A DNA stretch of 48,467 bases, taken from assembly GCA_031414775.1 (NCBI GenBank), contig JANOQI010000032.1, positions 1 through 48,467 on the forward strand. The letters run 5' to 3'. Below the pieces are notes generated by a model. It did no database searches and had not been told where the DNA came from. It saw nothing but the letters and a program-made list of their open reading frames with translations. The stretch's first letter is position 1; every line of letters starts with the position of its first letter. A program made the translations under genes and the position numbers. Below are positions 26,878-35,479 of the stretch, in pieces. The DNA is from Synechococcales cyanobacterium VAR_4_metabat_354. Lineage in GTDB: Bacteria; Cyanobacteriota; Cyanobacteriia; Cyanobacteriales; Chamaesiphonaceae.

Positions 26878-28221
26878 ATGTCTAAATTCGATGCTCATCT
26901 CAAATGTTCCTTCTGTGGAAAGTCTCAGGATAAAGTGCGCAAGCTAATCGCTGGGCCAGGAGTTTACATTTGTGATGAATGCGTAGAATTATGCAATGAA
27001 ATTTTGGATGAGGAGTTGCTAGAAGGCCATGGCAACATGTCCCATCAACCAGCTCGATCGGAACCCCGTAAAAAGAAAGAATCGACGCTGCCGATGACGG
27101 TCAGCCAAATGCCCAAACCCCGTGATCTGAAGCAATACTTGGATGATCATGTGATTGGCCAAGAAGAAGCTAAAAAGGTTTTGTCAGTTTCTGTTTATAA
27201 TCACTACAAGCGGTTGAGCTATGCTCAGACCAAGGAAAATAGTGGGAGTAAAGCGAACTCTTCCGAAGACAAGATCGAGTTGCAAAAAGCCAATATTTTG
27301 CTAGTGGGTCCAACCGGTTGTGGGAAAACAATGTTGGCGCAGACTTTAGCCAAAGTTTTGCAAGTACCCTTCGCCGTGGCCGATGCCACCACCCTAACCG
27401 AAGCAGGTTACGTGGGCGAAGATGTCGAAAATATCTTGCTGCGCCTGTTACAAGTTGCTGATATGGATGCCGAAGAGGCGCAGCGCGGCATTATCTACAT
27501 CGATGAAATCGATAAAATTGCCCGCAAAAGTGAAAATCCTTCGATCACCAGAGATGTCTCCGGGGAAGGGGTCCAGCAAGCTTTGCTAAAAATGTTAGAG
27601 GGGACAATCGCTAATGTGCCGCCCCAAGGTGGGCGAAAGCATCCCTACCAAGACTGCATTCAGATTGACACTAGTAATATTATGTTCATCTGTGGTGGTG
27701 CTTTTGTCGGGTTGGAAAAGATTGTGGAACAGCGGCTGGGCAAAAAATCGATGGGCTTTATTCAGCCAGCCGAAAGCGGCCAATCCCGTGAACAACGCAA
27801 TGCGGATTTGCTAAAACAGGTGGAGCCAGAGGATCTGGTGAAATTTGGTTTGATTCCAGAATTTATTGGTCGGGTACCGGTGACAGCGGTATTGGAGCCG
27901 TTGGATGAAGAAGCTTTGGTGGCGATATTGACGGAACCGCGTAATGCGCTGGTGAAGCAGTATGAAGAGTTGATGAAGATGGATAATGTCAAGCTGGAGT
28001 TTAAACCAGATGCCATTACGGCGATCGCCCGGGAAGCTTATCGCCGAAAGACAGGGGCACGGGCACTGCGCGGCATTGTGGAAGAATTGATGCTGGATAT
28101 GATGTATGAGTTGCCTTCCCGAAAGGATTTAACGCGTTGTGTAATTACTTCGGAGATGGTAGAGAAGCGATCGACTGCCGAGTTGATTACATTGCCAGTG
28201 CGGAAGCCAGAATCGGCTTAA
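26878..28221 (+). CDS. clpX: ATP-dependent Clp protease ATPase ClpX
   Basis: CSFC..ICDEC zinc finger, [18 protein letters not shown] and [10 protein letters not shown]. Confidence 0.97.
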   Translation: MSKFDAHLKCSFCGKSQDKVRKLIAGPGVYICDECVELCNEILDEELLEGHGNMSHQPARSEPRKKKESTLPMTVSQMPKPRDLKQYLDDHVIGQEEAKKVLSVSVYNHYKRLSYAQTKENSGSKANSSEDKIELQKANILLVGPTGCGKTMLAQTLAKVLQVPFAVADATTLTEAGYVGEDVENILLRLLQVADMDAEEAQRGIIYIDEIDKIARKSENPSITRDVSGEGVQQALLKMLEGTIANVPPQGGRKHPYQDCIQIDTSNIMFICGGAFVGLEKIVEQRLGKKSMGFIQPAESGQSREQRNADLLKQVEPEDLVKFGLIPEFIGRVPVTAVLEPLDEEALVAILTEPRNALVKQYEELMKMDNVKLEFKPDAITAIAREAYRRKTGARALRGIVEELMLDMMYELPSRKDLTRCVITSEMVEKRSTAELITLPVRKPESA

Positions 28222-28260
28222 AGTATTAGGTTATTGCCAGAGACAACAACCTACCTTTGT

Positions 28261-29136
28261 TCACTTCACATACTTGCTAATTAACAAACTGAGCTTTTCT
28301 TTAGTAGCTGGGTTGGCATGTTCCATTTGGGTAATGATGGCGTACTTTAAAGCACTGTGTGCCATAGATTCAAAGGGTTGAGCGGCAATCCGTTTGACTG
28401 ATTCTTGAATTACCCGCTGGGCATTTTCAGCGTTTTTACCCAAGTTAGTAATTATCATTTCGACCGTAACATTGTCGTGATCGGGGTGCCAGCAATCGTA
28501 ATCGGTGGAAAGAGCGAGGGTAGCGTAGGCCATCTCAGCTTCTCTGGCCAACTTGGCTTCTGGTAAATTGGTCATGCCAATAATAGTGCCACCCAGCTGG
28601 CGATATACATTAGATTCGGCTTTAGTGGAAAAGGCTGGGCCTTCCATACAGACGTAAGTACCGCCTTGATGACAGGTAACGCCTTCAAAGTTTAAAGAAG
28701 CGATCGAATCGGCTAATACCTGTTGCAGCTGTTTACAAATCGGATCGCCAAAAGAAATATGCGCCACAATGCCATCACCAAAAAAAGTGGAGGCACGGTT
28801 TTTGGTGCGATCGATAAACTGATCGGGCAATACTAAGTCCAAGGGTTTAACTTCTACCCTTAGTGAGCCAACAGCTGAGGCCGAAATTAAATATTCCACA
28901 CCCAACTGTTTCATGGCATGAATGTTGGCGCGGTAGGGAACTTCGCTGGGGGTGAGGTGGTGATGGCGACCATGCCGCGCCAGGAAAGCTACTTTGGTGC
29001 CATCTAATTCCCCCACAATTAGGGCATCTGATGGATCGCCAAAAGGGGTATGGAGGAATACTTCTTCCACATTTTTTAGGGCTTCCATTTTATACAAGCC
29101 GCTACCGCCGATGATGCCAATTTTTACGTTTGCCAT
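28261..29136 (-). CDS. mtnP: S-methyl-5'-thioadenosine phosphorylase
   Basis: [32 protein letters not shown] and TDYDCW motifs. Confidence 0.93.
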   Translation of the reverse strand: MANVKIGIIGGSGLYKMEALKNVEEVFLHTPFGDPSDALIVGELDGTKVAFLARHGRHHHLTPSEVPYRANIHAMKQLGVEYLISASAVGSLRVEVKPLDLVLPDQFIDRTKNRASTFFGDGIVAHISFGDPICKQLQQVLADSIASLNFEGVTCHQGGTYVCMEGPAFSTKAESNVYRQLGGTIIGMTNLPEAKLAREAEMAYATLALSTDYDCWHPDHDNVTVEMIITNLGKNAENAQRVIQESVKRIAAQPFESMAHSALKYAIITQMEHANPATKEKLSLLISKYVK

Positions 29137-29277
29137 GAGGTTTAGATCTTATTTTGTGATGGGGTTGATGACCCAAAAATTATAGCGGAGTAAGCCAGCT
29201 AGATCGCTGAGTTTCTGTGAGTTCAAGAGGCTTTTTTGATGTGTTAGGATTGTGACCACGTTACTGCCACCCATCCC

Positions 29278-30015
29278 ATGCAACTTTCTCTCAGTACTTG
29301 GCCAGAGGTGGAAACCTATCTGCAAAGTTCTACTGGCATCATTATTCCGATCGGATCGACAGAACAGCATGGACCAACTGGCCTAATCGGCACGGATGCG
29401 ATTACTGCTGATGGTATTGCCCGAGGAGTAGGAGAGGCTACTGGCGCACTAGTAGCACCTACGATTAACGTGGGAATGGCACTGCATCACATGGCTTTTC
29501 CCGGCACTATTAGTTTGCGGCCCAGTACCCTCATGTTGGTGGTGCGGGATTATTTAACTTCGTTGACTAGAGCTGGTTTCACTAAGTTTTTCTTTATTAA
29601 TGGTCATGGTGGTAACATGGCCACACTCAAGGCGGCTTTTTCGGAGACCTACGCTTACTTGAGTGATATTCAAGTAGATGCCGAAATTCAATGTCATTTG
29701 GCAAACTGGTTTATGTGTGGGTCGGTTTATCGGTTAGCCAAGGAGCTATACGGCCACCAAGAAGGTTCCCATGCCACGCCATCGGAGGTGGCGGTGACCC
29801 AGTATCTTTATCCGCAATCGATTAAGCAAGCGGAGTTGGCACCGTTAACTACGGCTGGTCACCGCATTTATAGCGCTGCTGATTTTCGGCGCTCTTATCC
29901 GGATGGTCGGATGGGTTCTAATCCGAGCTTGGCGACCCCGGAACATGGCCGCCAGTTTTATGATGTCGCCGTGACGGAATTGACCGCTAGTTACCAGCAG
30001 TTTTTGGCAGAATAA
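29278..30015 (+). CDS. Creatininase family amidohydrolase
   Basis: PIGSTEQHG, GTD, NGHGGN and HA..SE motifs. Confidence 0.88.
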   Translation: MQLSLSTWPEVETYLQSSTGIIIPIGSTEQHGPTGLIGTDAITADGIARGVGEATGALVAPTINVGMALHHMAFPGTISLRPSTLMLVVRDYLTSLTRAGFTKFFFINGHGGNMATLKAAFSETYAYLSDIQVDAEIQCHLANWFMCGSVYRLAKELYGHQEGSHATPSEVAVTQYLYPQSIKQAELAPLTTAGHRIYSAADFRRSYPDGRMGSNPSLATPEHGRQFYDVAVTELTASYQQFLAE

Positions 30016-30022
30016 TATTGAT

Positions 30023-32080
30023 ATGTCTTCTCACCACCTTCCCCAGCACCGCTGGCAAATTACCCCAGCCACTGAGAGCGCTGCTGCCGAATTGGCGGAG
30101 TCGATCGAACTAACTCCTGATGCTCCTACTTCGCCCTTAATTGCCCAAGTCTTGATCAATCGGGGGGTGACTACGGCGGCGCAGGTCGATCGATACGTGC
30201 ATGGTCTTGGCCAAGATTTGCCGTCGCCTGCTCTAGATTTCCTGGATTTAGAGAAAAGCTTGGACTTGCTAGTAGATGCGATCGATAGGTCGGCCAAGAT
30301 TGCCATTTGTGGAGACTATGATGCCGATGGCATGACCAGTACAGCGCTGTTATTAAGGGCTTTGCGCACCTTGGGTGCCCAAGTGCATTACGAAATCCCT
30401 AGCCGGATGAGCGATGGCTACGGAATTAACTGTCGGATTGTGGAGAAATTTCATGCCGAAGGTATTGAGCTGGTGCTGACTGTCGATAACGGAATTGCCG
30501 CTTATGATGCCGTAGCCAGAGCTGTCGAACTGGGGTTAAAAGTGATTATTACCGATCACCACGATTTGCCACCAAAGTTACCACCAGCTGATGCGATCTT
30601 AAACCCCAAGCTAATTCCGGAAAACTCGATCTATTACACCATTGCTGGAGTGGGGGTAGCCTATCTGATGGCTGTAGCCTTGGCGGAAAAAATAGGTGGT
30701 GATCATACGGTTTTAAATAACCAAATGCTAGAGCTATTCACCCTGGGGACGATCGCTGATTTAGCAGCTTTAACGGGCATTAACCGGACTCTGGTGCGTC
30801 AGGGCTTAAAGCTGTTGCCTAATTCCCAAATTTTAGGTGTGCAAGCTCTGATTGAAGCCTCCGGCGCTGGCAAATCAGATACGATTAAACCCGAAGATAT
30901 TGGGTTCCGACTGGGACCAAGAATTAATGCGATCGGACGGATTGGTGATCCACAAATTGTGATCGATTTATTGACTACTACCGATTTTGATACTGCCCAA
31001 GAATTAGCCAAACAATGCGAGGAAACTAATCGACTGCGCCAAGAACTCTGTGCCCAGATCGAAATGGAAGCGATCGAACTAATCCAAACCAGCCGCTTGG
31101 ACTTTCGAGGCGATCGAATATTGGTGGTGGTAAAAGATCAATGGCATCATGGCGTGATTGGAATTGTGGCTTCCCGGCTGGTGGAGCGTTATGGGGTGCC
31201 CGTTTTCATTGGCACCTACGAAGAAAATGGCCAGGTACGCGGTTCGGCACGGAGCATTCCAGAATTCAATACTTTTCAAGCTCTAGAATTTAGCAAAGAT
31301 CTGCTCTTAAAACATGGTGGCCACCCTGCTGCGGGTGGTTTTTCGATGGAGGGTTCTCATCTACCGGAATTTAAGCAACGGCTGCGCACTTTTGCCCATC
31401 AATGTTTGGAGCCAGAGCATCTTCGCTCCTTGGTGAAAATTGATGTAATCGCTCAGCTGGCCGATATTAATCCGCATACCTATCAACAGATTGACGCGAT
31501 TCAACCCTGCGGGATGGGAAACCCTGAACCGATTTTTTGGTCGGAGAATGTGCGGGTGCAGGAGCAGCGGAAGATTGGCCAGGATGGCAATCATCTCAAG
31601 TTGGTAGTCACTAGCCCAGATTGGCCGGAGGGAATTAAGGGAGTTGCTTGGCGGTGGGGTGAATATTTTCCGCTGCCCGACAGGTTAGATATTGCCTATA
31701 AACTGCGCGAAAACACCTGGCGAGGGCAAAACACGATCGAAATGGAATTAGTGAGTACTCGTTCGCCAGTAATATCATCATCCACGACTCAGATTACGCC
31801 AAGCACTAACGCGCCGCTCCCGAATCTGAGTGAAACTCAGATTACGCCAAGCACTACATTTAGCTTTAAAGATCGTTCCTATCAATGCAGTTTGTCGGCA
31901 GCAGGACAGGTTCTCGAAATTGCGAACGCCGACGGGCAAATGCTCACCGTAACTAAGGGCCAGAAAATGGGATTGCTGCGGATGGTCGATCGATCGGAAA
32001 AACAGGTGGCCGTCACAGAATCACATTTTTATCAATTGATTAAGACGGCGATGCAAAGTCTGGCAGTTGCTAGTAATTGA
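30023..32080 (+). CDS. recJ: Single-stranded-DNA exonuclease RecJ
   Basis: GDYDADG, TVDNG, TDHH, GTIAD, PRINA.GR, GSARS and GGHPAAGG motifs. Confidence 0.95.
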   Translation: MSSHHLPQHRWQITPATESAAAELAESIELTPDAPTSPLIAQVLINRGVTTAAQVDRYVHGLGQDLPSPALDFLDLEKSLDLLVDAIDRSAKIAICGDYDADGMTSTALLLRALRTLGAQVHYEIPSRMSDGYGINCRIVEKFHAEGIELVLTVDNGIAAYDAVARAVELGLKVIITDHHDLPPKLPPADAILNPKLIPENSIYYTIAGVGVAYLMAVALAEKIGGDHTVLNNQMLELFTLGTIADLAALTGINRTLVRQGLKLLPNSQILGVQALIEASGAGKSDTIKPEDIGFRLGPRINAIGRIGDPQIVIDLLTTTDFDTAQELAKQCEETNRLRQELCAQIEMEAIELIQTSRLDFRGDRILVVVKDQWHHGVIGIVASRLVERYGVPVFIGTYEENGQVRGSARSIPEFNTFQALEFSKDLLLKHGGHPAAGGFSMEGSHLPEFKQRLRTFAHQCLEPEHLRSLVKIDVIAQLADINPHTYQQIDAIQPCGMGNPEPIFWSENVRVQEQRKIGQDGNHLKLVVTSPDWPEGIKGVAWRWGEYFPLPDRLDIAYKLRENTWRGQNTIEMELVSTRSPVISSSTTQITPSTNAPLPNLSETQITPSTTFSFKDRSYQCSLSAAGQVLEIANADGQMLTVTKGQKMGLLRMVDRSEKQVAVTESHFYQLIKTAMQSLAVASN
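31787..31856 (+). repeat. 48-nt structured in-frame unit in the recJ linker, preceded by a duplicated 22-nt partial copy
   Basis: actcagattacgccaagcacta occurs at 31787-31808 and 31835-31856 (period 48). Internal hairpin aatctgagt-gaa-actcagatt (31823-31843). Confidence 0.85.
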
Positions 32081-32109
32081 TTCTCAATATGGCAGGAACC
32101 CAAAACTTA

Positions 32110-32748
32110 TTAAGGCTTAGACCCTGCTAAATCTCCGGCGATTTGACACCATTCTTGGCGTAAGTTCCGATCCGCTGTTGCTGATAAATTTAGTGTTTTG
32201 TTCGCCCATTCAGGATGCTTTTGCCAAAAGACTCGATCAACTTGTTTACTACTTACTTGCGACTTCTGCATTTTGGTAGGAATACCGGTGCAAGCATTCT
32301 GATCGGTATTAGCTTTAGCCGGATCAGATTTAGCAACATCTTTTTGGGGCATCACCACCGGATTGACCACTGGCACACTAGCTACTTCTGGTGTTGTAGT
32401 ATTGTGCTGAAACAATCCGGCAATAGCATTAAATATGAAACTAATTAACAACATAGTCAGAAACAGTGCCCCCATCAGAAATGCCACTCTTTTGATGGGC
32501 TTACGAAAATCATCGGTAATGGGACTCTTGGTCTGTTCTATTAGTGGCTCACCTGGATGCAAACGCGGTGCTACCTGAGTCTTTTGGGCACTGCTGGGGG
32601 GTGGTGAATTGTTGAGCGAGAGTGAATTGCCCGGATTGTTATACTGTAATGCCTGAGGTGACTGAAGGTGAAACTGCGGCAGTTGAACACCACCGGTTTT
32701 CTGCGCAGCCGGAACGGGCTGGTTGGGATTAGTGGGCTGAGGTGCCAT
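32110..32748 (-). CDS. Hypothetical single-pass membrane protein
   Basis: Pro/Gln-rich N-terminus, one TM helix and a C-terminal domain with two Cys (VDRVFWQKHPE..RQEWC). Confidence 0.7.
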   Translation of the reverse strand: MAPQPTNPNQPVPAAQKTGGVQLPQFHLQSPQALQYNNPGNSLSLNNSPPPSSAQKTQVAPRLHPGEPLIEQTKSPITDDFRKPIKRVAFLMGALFLTMLLISFIFNAIAGLFQHNTTTPEVASVPVVNPVVMPQKDVAKSDPAKANTDQNACTGIPTKMQKSQVSSKQVDRVFWQKHPEWANKTLNLSATADRNLRQEWCQIAGDLAGSKP

Positions 32749-32822
32749 AGGTCAAGCCGGTAAAACATTAGCTTTATTATGAACTAAACTTGACCAGTTG
32801 TGCACGGAGTTTACCTAATCAA

Positions 32823-34250
32823 TTACCAAACTTTGAGCAGCTCGGTTTTGAAGTCAATTGCCGTTTGATAATGAGTGCTGTGGTCTGGTTCTTCATGCAA
32901 CGCTCGATCGATCACCGCAGCTAATGATGGTGGCAAATAAGTAACTCGATCGCCGATCGGAATGGCTGGTTTTTCCATCATCACCATCACGGGATCTTGA
33001 TCACCTTTGGCATCAGCGGAGCTATCCTCAAAATCTCGGGGGGTGTGGCCGGTGAGCATTTCGTATAAACAAGCTGCCGCTGCCCAGACATCAACGGCGG
33101 GCTGAGCCGTGTGGAAATTGACCGCCTGGGCGCGAGGCATATAGTGTGGAGTGCCCGCAAAACTTCCTTCTGGCAGGGTTTGATTACTGATACTAGTGAT
33201 GTTTAAGGCTTGGGTGAGGGCAAAATCGCTAATTTTGGCGACCAGTTGACCTTGGTGCGTGGTGAGTAAAATATTTTCTGGTTTCAGACTGCGATGTACT
33301 AGGCCACAGGCTTTCCCAAAACCGCCACCGGATAGCTTAATGTAAGGTACCTCTACCTGATGGAGATACTCTAAACCATCGAGTATCTGAAGAATAATTG
33401 ACTTAGCCCAAACCGCCGGTATCCGTCCACCGAGTTGCTTCATGAGGCCAAATAAGCTGCCCCCCTCATAGTATTCAGTGGTATAAAACAACGCTTCCGG
33501 GGCATAGTTGAAATCTAATAATTTAACTATGTGGGGATGGTCGAGGGCTTTGGTATATTCGGTTTCTCTAATGAATTTTTGCACCGCATCTGCTTGTTTG
33601 GCGATCGATGGCTGTAAGGTTTTGAGTGCTACTTTTTTTCCTGATTCTTGGTGGATTGCCAGGTAAACTTCACTGGTAGCGCCTTGGCCTAATAAGGCCA
33701 ACCGTTGATATTCGGGGATCTGTATTGTTTGAGCTGGCTCTGATTCTATTGGCACTGCTGCTGTCGGTTCTTCGATATCGGCAGGATATATTTCGAGAAA
33801 TTTGCTGAGAGCTGCTAGCAACTTAACTTTGATCTTTCCGAATGGAGAAAGTATTTTTGCAGCTGAACTCGATCGGAAGCTTGGCGATGGCAGAGTGAGG
33901 GTTGTTTGTTTACTAGCTGCTAGGACTGCTCCGGTTTGGACGGCGATCGAGATATTGCCAATACTGAGGACTTGATTGGCTAACAAGTCGGTAGGGCTGC
34001 TAACTTTATGGCCATTGATAAAGCTACCGTGGGTACTGTTGTAATCCATAATCTTGAGGATTGGTGGATCAAGTTGAATAATCTGGAGATCACAATGATG
34101 GCGGGAGATGTTGCAGTATTCCTCAGTATCGGGGAAGGATATATGACAGCTCGCTTCTCTGCCGATCGGATAAACGCCAGGAGCATCAAAGCTGTGCTGG
34201 GTACCAGTAAGTGAGCCAGAGGTAATTGTCAAGACAATTTGCGGATTCAT
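32823..34250 (-). CDS. FHA-domain Ser/Thr kinase-like protein, probable pseudokinase
   Basis: FHA motifs (IGR, ISRHH, STHGSFING). Kinase motifs LGQGATSEVY, VALK, HRSLKPEN (no catalytic Asp), DFA, GTPHYM and DVWA. Confidence 0.88.
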   Translation of the reverse strand: MNPQIVLTITSGSLTGTQHSFDAPGVYPIGREASCHISFPDTEEYCNISRHHCDLQIIQLDPPILKIMDYNSTHGSFINGHKVSSPTDLLANQVLSIGNISIAVQTGAVLAASKQTTLTLPSPSFRSSSAAKILSPFGKIKVKLLAALSKFLEIYPADIEEPTAAVPIESEPAQTIQIPEYQRLALLGQGATSEVYLAIHQESGKKVALKTLQPSIAKQADAVQKFIRETEYTKALDHPHIVKLLDFNYAPEALFYTTEYYEGGSLFGLMKQLGGRIPAVWAKSIILQILDGLEYLHQVEVPYIKLSGGGFGKACGLVHRSLKPENILLTTHQGQLVAKISDFALTQALNITSISNQTLPEGSFAGTPHYMPRAQAVNFHTAQPAVDVWAAAACLYEMLTGHTPRDFEDSSADAKGDQDPVMVMMEKPAIPIGDRVTYLPPSLAAVIDRALHEEPDHSTHYQTAIDFKTELLKVW

Positions 34251-34420
34251 AGGTGCACTAATAAAAATCTATAAAATTAAAAGAAAAATATAATACAAAG
34301 TGCCGACATTAATTTTAGGATAATGCGAATTGAAAGATTTGATAGACCTATTTAACAGCATTTTAGCTAGAGCGGGTAAGATGTCCTTACTGTCTTTATC
34401 CCACACCGGAAGCCTGAATC

Positions 34421-35053
34421 TTGGCCAGAATCAAAGTCCGTCAGCACGTTAACCCCTTAGCAATCAAATATCAACAGCCGATCGAATGGCCAGATTGGTC
34501 ACAGATTTATGCGCGGCCAGAACTACCACTGCACATTGATGTTGGCTGCGCTTGGGGTAGATTTGTGTTGAAAATGGCCGAAACTCAGCCAGACTGGAAT
34601 TATTTGGGCATCGAAATTCGGGAGCCACTAGTCACCGAAGCTAACCGTATTCGGGACGATCGACAGCTTCCGAACTTGCATTATGTTTTTGCTAATATCA
34701 ATATTTCTCTAGCCAGTCTCTTAACTTCTTTGCCACCGGGGGTTTGTCAGCGTATTAGTATTCAATATCCTGATCCCTGTTTTAAAACCCGTCATGCCAA
34801 ACGCCGGATGGTGCAGCCCGAATTAGTTAGTGCTTTAGCTGATAATTTATCGCCGGGTACTGAAATTTTTCTCCAATCTGATCTGGAGTGGGTTGCTCAA
34901 GAAATGGTCGATCGCTTGGCCGAAAACCCTGCCTTCCAGCGACAGAGTACCAACTGGTTACCAGAAAATCCGCTGTCAGTTCAGACTGAACGCGAAATCG
35001 CCACCCTTAAGAGAGGTCTACCGGTGCATCGTAGTATTTTTCACCGTATTTAG
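34421..35053 (+). CDS. trmB: tRNA (guanosine(46)-N7)-methyltransferase
   Basis: RQHVNPL, DVGC..G, GIEIR, YPDP.FK.RH..RR and TERE motifs. Confidence 0.94.
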   Translation: MARIKVRQHVNPLAIKYQQPIEWPDWSQIYARPELPLHIDVGCAWGRFVLKMAETQPDWNYLGIEIREPLVTEANRIRDDRQLPNLHYVFANINISLASLLTSLPPGVCQRISIQYPDPCFKTRHAKRRMVQPELVSALADNLSPGTEIFLQSDLEWVAQEMVDRLAENPAFQRQSTNWLPENPLSVQTEREIATLKRGLPVHRSIFHRI

Positions 35054-35074
35054 AATGGATTCATGGCACCCATC

Positions 35075-35422
35075 TTAAAAAAACAGCGATTTCCCTGTTG
35101 TGCCATAGGCATGAACAGCAATATAGTTCCAAGTTGGTACGTTCTCTTGTTTCTCGTAAGCAGTGGGCGAGATGTAGGCGTGTGTACCAGTGAAAATTGC
35201 CAGCGATTCCGCTGCTGCAAAAGCTTGCCATTGTGAGTTTTGTTGAGCCAGATGACCAATTAATTTAACTACATCTTCTTCAATGGTGACGACCAAAGGA
35301 ATATGTGAACCACAAGGTACCCCATCATGATCGATCGATACCAATGTTGCAAAACTGTTGGCTTTCATGAAAACAACCAGCTTATCGATATTGTCTTCTT
35401 GGAAAGATGTTGGTCTGTACAT
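35075..35422 (-). pseudogene. PaiB / FMN-binding split-barrel protein, C-terminally truncated
   Basis: MYRPTSF..FATLV..SHIP..GHLA..N.QW..HAYISP..Y..VPTWNYIAVHAYG, then a stop within ~9 codons. Family members normally continue for roughly another 90-100 aa. Confidence 0.75.
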
Positions 35423-35479
35423 AGCGGCAGAAAATTTTCTCCACCCTATCACGATCTTCAGAAAGTTTTGGATATCATT

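Noticed and set aside
31787..31856. Two 22-nt direct repeats as a mini CRISPR array
   Set aside because: Only two units, lying in frame within recJ. The intervening sequence is part of a hairpin, and no cas genes are present.
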